Positions 52,014-64,000 of a DNA stretch of 64,000 bases are shown here, in pieces. A program made the translations under genes and the position numbers. The stretch covers positions 2,356,001 through 2,420,000 of the forward strand of contig NEEC01000010.1 in assembly GCA_002189035.1 (NCBI GenBank). Reading direction: 5' to 3'. Below the pieces are notes generated by a model. It worked only from the letters and a program-made list of their open reading frames with translations. It searched no databases and was not told the DNA's origin. Each line of letters begins with the position of its first letter. Positions within the stretch are counted from its first letter, which is position 1. The stretch is from Utricularia gibba. Lineage: Eukaryota > Plantae > Magnoliophyta.

Positions 52014-53771
52014 GATGGCCATATTCCACACTTCCCATTACTGATTCTCCCGCCTACTTTGCATTCAATTATTGCTTTTCTCTCTTATTGTGCTTAATAA
52101 ACCACCTTCATCTTCTAGGCTTCATGCTGTGTGCACCTGGTAGTCTACCAGAACATGTCTATCTTGGTAGTGACTCACCTGAGGTGTTTAAAGCACAGCC
52201 CATTAGCATCATTCCTGTGAAATCAATGGCTTCTGTAAACTCTGAATTTTCCGTTGTCATGTACTGTTCCACACAGCTGACTTTGTTTTTTACTGCAAAT
52301 ATTACCATAAAATTTTATAAGTTTACTAGGCCTTCTTCACATCCTCAACAACAAAACAACCAAAATACAATTAGAAAAAAGTTGTGGAATGAAGCAAATG
52401 GGATTACCCACCCCAAAAAAAAAAAAAATACAGTATGCAGCTTTCACCTGCAGATGCTTTTTTCTTTTATCCAATTCCCATTCCCCCCTCCTGCAGAAAG
52501 CAGTAACCTTTAGGAGGAGGACAGGGTTAAAAGGGTAAAAAGCCTACCACCAAAATTAATCAGGACTACCACTTATCTTACAGTAATACATATTTTTACT
52601 TTACCCCCACCTCCTTTTTCACTTTTACTTTTCTCCATTCCCTTTTGTTTTTGCCTCATACTTGTCTCCAATAGTGCATTGTTGGTATCTTGCAATCTCC
52701 ACCAAACATATGTTATTACAAAACCCCCTTTTGTTCATGTCACACTCCAATTACATTCGACTCCGAAATACTATTACATTCAATTTGATCCATGATCCGG
52801 GTCGACCCATTTGTGATATTACAAAACAAGGATGCTATGAACACTCAACTAAGGAAGCTCAAGAGAAAATTAGACATCTTAGCTTTCTTTCTTACACATT
52901 AAGATAAATTTTTTATATATACGATGATTATTTTTATCACACATTAAACTAAAAGATGATTAATTTTCAGATTCATCCTACTAAATCTCATCCCCTAGAT
53001 TATTCATGTTCATGATTTATGAAGATATTTTATACCGTAGTGGTGATTTTTTTTTTTGTTTTTTAATTTCAATGTACTATAGACATTAGGTGGGTGACAG
53101 ATGCATGTGGGGCTATTTTTTGGGAAAATACAAATCTTCTATGATGCGGATGTTTGATTATTTTTCTTTATTTTTTAATTCATAAAATATCGGATATTTT
53201 ATATGCAATTTGAATTTTTTTAAAACACCCACCTAAGGACACTCCAACCATACCACGTACCATCATGATTTACAGATCTAGATATCATATAATATATGTG
53301 TGAAAATACTTTATATTAATTTTTATCCCAATGTATTTTAAAGAAAAAAATGAAAATGGTTAATTTTATATCTATTTTAATTTATTCAAGTCATATTTAA
53401 AAAAAAATAGAAATTATCCTCAAGTTTGCCACATCCTACATACCAAAAGACTACAATTCAATTCATATACATTTTAAGAACAAATCAAATAGAGTAATTA
53501 TAAGAGAAAAAAATGTAATATTATAAGAATTAAATAGGATGAATAAAAGATTTTTTTTTCTGAAATTATTTTCATTTTCATGTGGTTTGGGGCACTTTGG
53601 GATACAATTTTATTACCCAATGGGGTGTTTACCGTACCATGTATTTTGGTATCATGACCAAAAAAAAAAAAAAAATTTACCAGTTGGCTGTAAAGTGTAA
53701 AAGTCATTTGCTTTGACTATTCTACAAATATTCTCTACTCTTCTGACAAAATTCACCAATTATTACCCGCA

Positions 53772-53901
53772 TGGGGCCCCACGTCACATCAATACGTATA
53801 CTTCCAGTACGTGCCTATCTTAGGCGCCTAATTACATATTAACAACCATAATGACGTCATTTTCGGGCACGGAGTCTCCCTCAGACGCATCGTTATGCGT
53901 C
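53772..53901. promoter_or_regulatory. Palindromic cis-element cluster (TCP and ACGT/bZIP-type sites)
   Basis: TGGGGCCCCA, ATACGTAT, TTAGGCGCCTAA, AATGACGTCATT and GACGCAT-cgtt-ATGCGTC lie within 130 bp of a GC island. Confidence 0.5.
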
Positions 53902-55022
53902 GTATGTCCAGTCGGTTGGTTGATTACGAGAATTTATTTTATTTTAAACCAACTGATTTAAAATAAAATTACTTATTTTCCTTTCGGCCTCATTTTTTTA
54001 GAAAAAGGAATTGATTGATCCCCAAAATTGATTTTATTTTAAATTAAGAATAATTTATCTTTTTTGTGGTCCGAATTTTGTATTTTTCTTTCATTAGATA
54101 TATATTTTTTAATTTTGAATGTAGGATAAAATATAATATAAAAATTTAAATTTGAAATACGTTTTAAAACACAATATTGAAAAGTTAGCATAAAACATAT
54201 TTTCTAAAATCAAATATTTATATTAAATAAAACAACCCCAAAACTAGTTATCAAATATCTTCTTAAATTTATACTTTGTGTGTATTTGTGATGAAAATTT
54301 ACCTTATTTTTCGTTTTATTTTTAATAAAATTAAGAATTACAAAAAAAGAAGGAAAAATGAATATTGGGAAAAAAGAAATGGTTTGGATTGAGAAAAAGG
54401 AGAGAAAACTAGGATTCCATCAATTTCAGTGTGATGTAATGATGACCTGCAAGAGTTGCAGTGTCGGGTAAATAAAATTTACCAAAAGGAGGTACGCGCA
54501 ACTGTCAAAAATTTGAAGGCACTTTCGTTTCTTTTGGTTTTTTTACCCCCGTCAGGTGCTTTTGAGTTTTTTACCGTCATTTTTCTATTTACTGTCTTTT
54601 TCATTTTTTAAATATATAAATAAATAAATAGATACATTTTGGGAGAGATTGGTGCTTATCATCATCATCATCTGCTCATAATTATTTCCGAGATCTCCAA
54701 TTTCGACTGTTGATTGATTGGTTAATCAACGGTCGTGGAATTGACTGATTAATGACGCCATCCGGCCCTTTGTCAAGATCAAACCTTGATGTTTATTGAT
54801 GGTGACACGTGTACATTTTTTTCCTTGTTTTAAAATTTTGGAGTAATTGGAAAAAAATAAATAAAATCGAATTGGGTTCGATTGGGATTTATTGAGATAT
54901 TTTGGAGGGTATGGTGGAATAGAGGAGGAGACAAGGCTAATAATTTCAAAAATAAAAAAAATATTTAAAAAGGGGGAAAAGGAATTAATTTAAAAATAAA
55001 TCAATAATAGGCAAGGATATAA

Positions 55023-56390
<1,368 letters not shown>

Positions 56391-58766
56391 CGACGACTCC
56401 CTCTATACATACATGTAATCCACTCTAAACTCCTCCTAATCCAGTTACACTAAACTCTCAAAAGCATCCAACACTGCCCCACGTGAACACACTGAAATAA
56501 CAGGTGCTCCATATGTGCGCTGCAGGCAGGGCTGGGCTGCATCCCGACTATGGAGAAAAGCAGGCTGCTAGTGACGATGATTCAGTTTCAACGCAAGAGA
56601 CGACTTGCTTTAAATTTTACTATATTTTTGTGGTAATTTTACTTTTGTTGCTCTCATTTTTTGGCTTTTATCGCGGCATTTGGGGGAGTGGAGGAGGAAG
56701 AAAGAATCCGTGCCTAATTGTTTCCCAGGGACAAGATGACAGAGATTGTACAGGAGGATAGATGGGTCTGCTTTTAGTGCTATTTTTTTGTTAGAAAGTC
56801 AGTGCCTTAGTTGAGTTTTATCTCTTTCTTCGGTTGTTTACGGTTTAATCCATCCGAGGGAGCTGTTCTCATGTTTTTCTTTTCAGGTTTTGTTTTGTCT
56901 TAAGTACACTAGAAAAACACTGTCCTGGGATTTATTTCCTTTGTCGTTTGAACCTATTTTTCAGGAAGAATATTCTAGAAGCCACTAGAATCTTATTCTT
57001 TGCAGATCATCCCTCCTCTTTTCACTAAAATAATACATATATTCATGTGCCAATCGGGTTCTAGATCCAACCGGGTACCCTCCATTTCTGAACCGGCTTT
57101 CAAAATTAACACAGACCAAGGACACAGCCAGCAAGCAAGAAAGAAAGAGAGAAAGAGGAAGGTGATGGATTGGGAAGACAGGAGGAGGGTGAAGAAAAAG
57201 GAAGACCAGACCAGTGGGTGGCCTGCGAGGAAAAGACAGAGCGACATTTATCCCACCATGTGTGCTTGTGAAGGGAGGACCACCACCACATGTTTTTTTT
57301 TTGAATTTTGAATGCTGGGAATGTCTCTCCATCCCCATGCCCACACTCACACTGCAATCCATCACTTGAAATTCATGATTCTGTGTGTTAGATGAGTGTG
57401 GGTTATGTGCAATAATTATATAAGAAACATGTATCACATTATAAAAGATTAAAATCAAACGAATTAATAATAATTTATAATTTATTATATATTCAATTGT
57501 TTTACTTTTAAATTCTGATTTAGGATTGATTATTCTAATACCATCATCAACTACATACTCATCACTCCACCCACATCGCCCATGCACCGCCGTCGCGTCG
57601 GAGATCGGGGCCGGAATCGTCTCCTCCGATGCATCGGTCTGGTCCGTGGATTAGGCCGAGCCCATCGCAACCCACGCTCCGGGAGAGTGATGCTTCATTG
57701 TAGGGCTCGCTCTGTGCCAAGTTCCATATTAATATCGAGTACACGTCAAAATATAGAATAATCTCGTATTAATATGATGTTATACTAATCCAAAAATAAA
57801 GAATTTTAATTTAATATTTGGATATCGATGTCAATAATTTTTTTCTAAATCACTTCTTATTTTTTAGATTCATGAGTAAAATAAAATAATCATATAAATA
57901 ACATTTAGTAAAACAAATGAATCCAACCTATCTTAAAATATCATTATATTTTTTATATTTACTAAAATTGTATATGAAATAATATCAAACTCCCATCCAT
58001 ATATACCAAACAGCAGTAAATTGGTACAAGAACCAACTATATATTATAAAAATATGAATTTATAGTAATTTAATAAATAAACTACTTAAAATTTTATACG
58101 CCTCAAAAATTTTATTTTCGACTATTTGTTTATAAAACGCATGTTGTTAAATTAGATTGTAAAAGTCAAAATTTACTTACTTTTTAAACCAGAGCATCAA
58201 CTAAATGAAAATTTTCTAATTTAATTTATGTTTGTTTAACTGTTACGAAAAAATCATATTTGACCAATTTTTTATTGGGTCGTTTTAAAAAATGACCATA
58301 TTTACTTTATATTACAAATATTTGGTAAAAACATATTAATTAAAATGTCTAAATTTTCTCATACACATACTCTAACATGGACGGTTTTGGAAATCCGTAC
58401 ATTTTGTAGTATTGGGGAGAACTAATATTAATATACATTTTGACGGGAGGAGGACAACTATGAGGGCCGAAATATAATTTGGGAAGAGATGGAGGCCAAA
58501 TTGAAAACATAACAGGGTACTGAAATTTACTTTTTGGATTCGAAAAGGGCCTCTCCAAAGTTAAAAAATTGCAATTTCGCCCCACTTCCTGTGGAACGTC
58601 AGCCTTATCCACCATTACGCAAACGGGGTTATGATGACAATCGAAAGGTCGATAATTGCGATGAGATTACGAAATTAATTGCCTGGATTTTCTGAATTTC
58701 AGGTTCCTATTTTCTATAAATTTTTAAATTTTGCGCAACTTTCGATCTCATTCTGATTTTCCGAGC

Positions 58767-59662
58767 ATGGCGTCGCCGGCGGGTTTACGGGAGGCTGTTA
58801 TTGTGTTGGGCGCAACGGGAACGGGAAAGTCAAGGCTTGCGATAGAGCTGGCGTCCCGTTTCGACGGGGAGATCATAAACTGCGATAAGATCCAGGTGTA
58901 CAAGGGCATTGACGTAATTTCAAACAAGGTCACCGGAGAAGAGAGCTGTGGCATACCCCACCACCTGATGAGCTTCTTGGGACCGGGCGAGAGTTTCACC
59001 CCCGGAGTTCGTCCACACCGCCACTCTAATCTGCAGATCGGTGACGCAACGGGGCAAGCTGCCGATCGTCACCGGAGGGTCGAACTCGTGGATCAAGGCC
59101 CTGGTTTGCGACGACGAAGCTTTCCGGTTGGAATTTGACTTCGTCTGCATATGGATCGATGTCCCCATCACTGTGCTGCGTCCCTTTCTTGATGGGAGAG
59201 TTGATGAAATGGTGAAAAGGGGTCTGGTGCAGGAAGCGAGAGGGTTGTTTGATCCGAGTGGAGACTACTCCCGGGGCGCCAGACGTGCTATCGGCGTTCG
59301 TGAAATGCATAACTTCTTCAAAAGCGAAGGTGCCCACTGGTTTCCATCATCAACCTCTCTGGTTCTCAAAATGCAGGACACTGAGCTCATCCATTCATTC
59401 ACTGCTTTCAGGGGTGGACTCTGCGACGAAAGAGAAGCTTCTGTGGAGTGCCATCGAGGAGATCAAGATGAATACATTGAGTCTGAGTTACCGGCAGCGT
59501 GAGAAGATTGAGAAAATGAGCCAAATGTTGGGGAGACGAATGCACAGACTTGAGGCAAGGGATGCGTTCGAGGAAGACGATAGTGCATGGCAGAACCGGG
59601 TCTTGTTGCCAAGTATCCGGATCGTCAGGTTATTTACAAAAATACCCATCCTAGCAAATTAA
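58767..59662 (+). CDS. IPT: Adenylate isopentenyltransferase (cytokinin synthase) with apparent frameshift near 58999-59005 and intron 59330-59411
   Basis: P-loop GATGTGKS, NCDKIQVYKG, GIPHHL, LPIVTGGSNS, RVDEMV, RAIGV and AIEEIKMNT. Confidence 0.85.
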
Positions 59663-60859
59663 ATTTATAAAAAAAAAGCGGATATTAGAATTTTATAAGA
59701 AGAGCACCCATTGTTTTAAAAACCGTTGAGTTATAGTTTTGGATTAAAGTTTTTTAAAATGGGTTGACTCTTGTTCACTAATTTTTATCTACATTTATCA
59801 AAATATTAAAATATAATTATATAAAATATAGAAATAAACATTTGATACAATTAAATTAAAAGCTTCATTGTATTCACCGTTCCATATCTCATTACATTTG
59901 TGTAATCTAAATCCGAATGAATATTTTCTACTATTAATGTAAATAAATAAATAATTATATATATAATAATATATTTATTTAAAACATATATATAATATTT
60001 ATAGCATACATTCAATTTGTTCACCATTTTCACAAAGTAACCAGTAAAAAAAATTAAAAAAGAATAAGACAAAAATACAAAAATAGAATTATTTTTTAAA
60101 ATTTGTTAATAATGAATCTATGATTGTAACAGTGAAAGCACCCTCCATGGTTGTCGGTCATGACGTTTCCAATGACACTGTTTTACTCATGAAATGAAGG
60201 TCAGCGGTGTCTAATGTCACCAATAAAAAAATGTTTTTAATAAATATATTATGAAATTTTCATGGTTAAAAATATAATTTTATATTATTATAAAAATTAA
60301 AACTTCAGTATACAAATGCAAACAACACCATTAATTCTGAATTCTGACTACATCTCATTATCATTGATTATATCAAGATGCAGAAACTGGGAACTCGAAA
60401 TCGAAAGCGGAAAAGTATACAAAGGATGAAAATCACAAGCCGAGTTATGTCTGCCTTCTTCTTCCCCGTTTATTGAGTGGTCACTGTCACACAAATATAC
60501 TTTTATGGTCCCCTTTTGCTTAGAATCGAACCCATCTTCACTTTGAACCTGAACCAGATCATATTCTCTAGTCAAAAAATGTTACCACCGTGACTGTGCT
60601 CTCGTGATCCTACAGGTGGGTTTCCGGGCAGCAGGAAAGCCTTGGCCCCTGTTTTGTTTTCACCTCATTTGGGATGCATACAATCACGCCATGAAGCTTT
60701 TGTGATAAGAAATAATGGCGTTTTCCTCAGATTCCTTTGTTTCCTTTCACTCCATTCCCGTGAAGAAACAGACATTCACAGTACATCGCCACAAAGCCAA
60801 GCTTCCCAGTTCGATTTCTGTCCATTCACCGAGCTTTTCGGTTTGCTGCGAGGTGAAAG

Positions 60860-63829
60860 ATGAGCCCTTTCTTTGTGCTCCATTTTCTATGGCTCGCGTT
60901 TTTGCCTGCAATGAAAATGGAAGCAGCCCTGAAACTCAATGACGAGGTTTTGGGCCTCGTCGTGTTCAAATCAAGCCTCGTTGATCCACGAAATTACCTG
61001 GAATCATGGAAGCAAGAAGAAGAGTTTCCTTGTTCTTGGAGATTCGTCGCATGCGATGATGTCAGCCGCCGCGTGACGGCGGTTACTCTTGACGGCCTTG
61101 GTTTGACGGGGGAGCTCCTGGTTAGGGGACTGGAGAAGTTGCAGTTCCTCAGGAAGCTCTCCCTCGCCGGGAACAATTTCTTCGGCGCTGTGAACCCGGA
61201 TTTTTTTGTCTTGAAGAACCTCGAAAATCTTAATGTCAGCAACAATAATCTTTCTGGGAACGTTCCTTTATCTGTTTGCGGGCTTCCGAATCTCCAGTTT
61301 CTTGATTTTTCCGGGAATTTGCTCTCTGGGTCTTTGCCTGATAACTTATTCGACAACTGCACCTCTCTACGCCATGTTTCTTTCGCCGGAAACCGCCTTG
61401 AAGGCCATATTCCGAGCAGTCTCCGTCGCTGTTCTGCCCTTAATCATCTAAACCTCTCCGGTAATAGTTTCTCAGGGGACCCTGGTTTTTTCAATGGAAT
61501 TTGGACACTGACAAACCTGGAAACCTTGGATCTTTCACACAACATGCTCTCTAGTGCGATCCCCAGTGGGATTTCAGCGTTGCACAGCTTGAAAAACCTT
61601 GATTTACGTGACAATCAGCTATCAGGTTCATTGGCTGACGACATTGGCCTCTGCCCACATCTGAATCAACTGGATTTGAGCAAGAATCAGTTGAGTAACC
61701 AGATTCCAGAGTCCATGCAAATGCTGAAAGAACTCAGGCTCTTGAATTTGTCCAACAATCTTCTCACAGGGGACTTCCCTAAATGGATTGATCAAATGTC
61801 GACTTTAGAATACATAGATCTCTCCAACAATGCCTTGACTGGAACGCTTCCTTCATCCATGGCTGCACTGAAGTCACTTGTATTCGTTTCCCTGTCCAAT
61901 AACAAGTTGACTGGAGCCATTCCTGGATCACTGGCTGAGTCTTCAAGCTTATCCATAGTCCGGCTGAGCCGAAACAGCTTCAACGGAAGCATACCAGAGA
62001 GCTTGTTGGACAGGAGCTTAGAGGAACTGGATCTTTCCAGAAATGAGCTGAGTGGTTCGATTCCTCCTGCTTCGAGTAAGCTCTTGGACACCCTCAAGGT
62101 GCTGGACTTGTCAGCTAACCATCTCAGTGGGAGAATACCTGCAGAAATGGGGCTCCTGAGCAAGTTGACATACTTGAACCTGTCTTATAACCAGCTCAAG
62201 TCAAACATGCCATCGGAGTTCGGCTACTTTCCAAATCTCACCATATTGGATCTCCGTAGCAGCAGCCTGATCGGACTGATTCCGCGCGATATATGCGAAT
62301 CAGATCGCCTGAATATCCTTCAGCTTGATGGGAACTCACTGACAGGGCACATTCCTCATGAAATTGGCAACTGTTCCTCTCTCTTTCTGCTGTGAGTTGC
62401 ATAAAATTTGCTGCACACTGCTTAGTTAGAGAACAAATTCAGACTCTTCTTTGTTTGCAGGAGCCTGTCACACAACAAACTAACTGGTTTGATACCAGAA
62501 TCATTGTCGCAGCTGACCAACCTCAAGGTTCTTAAGCTGGAAGCAAACCAGCTTATGGGAGAAATCCCTCCACTTCTAGGAAGATTAAGTAGTCTCGTGC
62601 TGGCCAATTTTTCACAGAATCGGCTCGTCGGCCGGCTGCCTCATGGCGGCATCTTCCAGACGTTAGACGCCAGTGCCATGGAGGGAAACCTCGGTCTCTG
62701 TTCACCATTGCTCAAGCAGCCTTGCCTGCTTAACGTGCCAAAGCCCCTGGTTCTTGATCCATATGCCTACAACAGTGGATCAGAGAGTGAAAACAGACAC
62801 TCTGCCCATGCCAGGAATCCGAGCTTCTTCTCTGTTTCATCCATCGTTGCGATATCAGCTGCAGCTATGATCGCCATCGGAGTTGTGATCGTAACACTGA
62901 TAAATCTCAAAGTCAGGAGTCAGATTTCAGTGGTGGAGTCGATGTCCACAGCAGGGAAGCTTGTGTTTTTCGATTCCAACATGAGCCTGGATCTGCAGAG
63001 CACCACTCTTGAGTTAGTGCTAAACAAGTCCTCTGAAATCGGGGAAGGCTCCTTCGGGATGGTCTACAAGGCTAATGTGGGAGGACAGGGCACAGTGGTG
63101 GCGATAAAGAAGCTGAGAACCAGCCAGACTCTGCAGGATCAAGAAGCCTTTGACAGAGAAGTTAGATTTCTAGGGAAAGCAAAGCATTTCAACCTGAACC
63201 CTCTGAGAGGATACTACTGGACTCCAGAGCTTCAACTTCTTGTATCAGAATACGCAGTAGGCGGAAGCCTTCAAGAAAAACTGCACAATTCATCATCCTG
63301 TGGTGCACTCACATGGCCGGAGAGGCTCAAAATTGTGATCGGAGCAGCCAAAGGTCTTGCATATTTGCACCATTCTTTTCAACCTCCCATCATCCACTAC
63401 AACATAAAGGCCAGCAACATACTCCTTGATGAGAATCTCAACCCCAAGATATCCGACTTCGGCCTCCCTCGTCTTCTCACCAGATTTGACAGCCACATAG
63501 CAAGCAATGGATATAGAAGTGCACCAGAGCTGGCTTGCAGGAACCTAAGAGTTAATGAAAAATGCGATGTCTTTGGCTTCGGGATTGTCATGCTTGAGGT
63601 GGTGACTGGAAAACAGAATGCAGAAGAACAAGTGAGAGAGTTGCTGGAACGGGGAAAGGTTTTGGAGTGTGTGGATAAGGAGATGGGCCAGTACAATGAA
63701 GAAGAGGTGCTTCCATTAATCAAACTTGCTCTTGTCTGCACCTGTGAGATACCTTCAACCAGACCTTCAATGGCGGAAGTGGTGCAGATACTGCATGTCA
63801 TCAAGGCACCAACCCCAGATGCCTTCTGA
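60860..63829 (+). CDS. LRR receptor-like pseudokinase (At3g28040-like), 2 exons (intron 62392-62460)
   Basis: Signal peptide, LNDEVLGLVVFKS cap, about 20 LRRs, CLLNVPKPLVL, a TM segment and a kinase domain with HYN in place of HRD. Confidence 0.93.
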
Positions 63830-64000
63830 AACTGTTGCAGCAAGCATCAAAAGGGAAAGCTAGTGGCTCTTGGTAATTGGTACCTTCAATAATGACGACC
63901 CAAAAGTTAGCTCCTGCATGAAAAAGTGAAACCTCCACGGATTGGGTGCATTGATTTCTCAATTTTTGGTGTCATCTGCTTGCTCCAACCAATTTTTCAG

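Noticed and set aside
57569-57578. USE-like ACCCACATCG suggesting an snRNA promoter
   Set aside because: No TATA at the required spacing and no snRNA body downstream.
56985-57587. 200-aa minus-strand ORF
   Set aside because: Low-complexity composition spanning AT-rich noncoding DNA, with no domain.

Overview
Gene-dense eudicot nuclear DNA with short introns (mostly about 80-170 bp) and AT-rich spacers. The compactness suggests a miniature asterid genome such as a Lentibulariaceae-like one; this is inference only. The window holds 17 protein genes: PAB1 (5' part only), STR1, plastid PGK, peroxisomal dienoyl-CoA reductase, two convergent OCT transporters, NUA/TPR, RABA5, pirin, a GDSL lipase, a DUF3411 protein, BASS4, the PPR gene EMB3103, a bZIP, a TCP8-like gene, IPT and an At3g28040-like LRR-RLK. 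It also holds tRNA-Arg(CCG), a MIR166 hairpin and an ORF-free snoRNA cluster at about 9.96-10.5 kb with identifiable 25S rRNA guides. Main observations: (1) NUA has 33 short introns in its 5' part and then one 2.7-kb uninterrupted exon, consistent with block intron loss through cDNA recombination. (2) TCP8 and IPT, normally intronless families, each carry an atypical, possibly newly gained intron. (3) The polycistronic C/D plus H/ACA snoRNA cluster. (4) Six 1-2 nt deletions in G/C runs break PGK, OCT-A, BASS4 (twice), TCP8 and IPT; these are most likely consensus sequencing errors rather than pseudogenes. All family, ortholog, rRNA-numbering and synteny statements come from recalled reference knowledge, not from searches.
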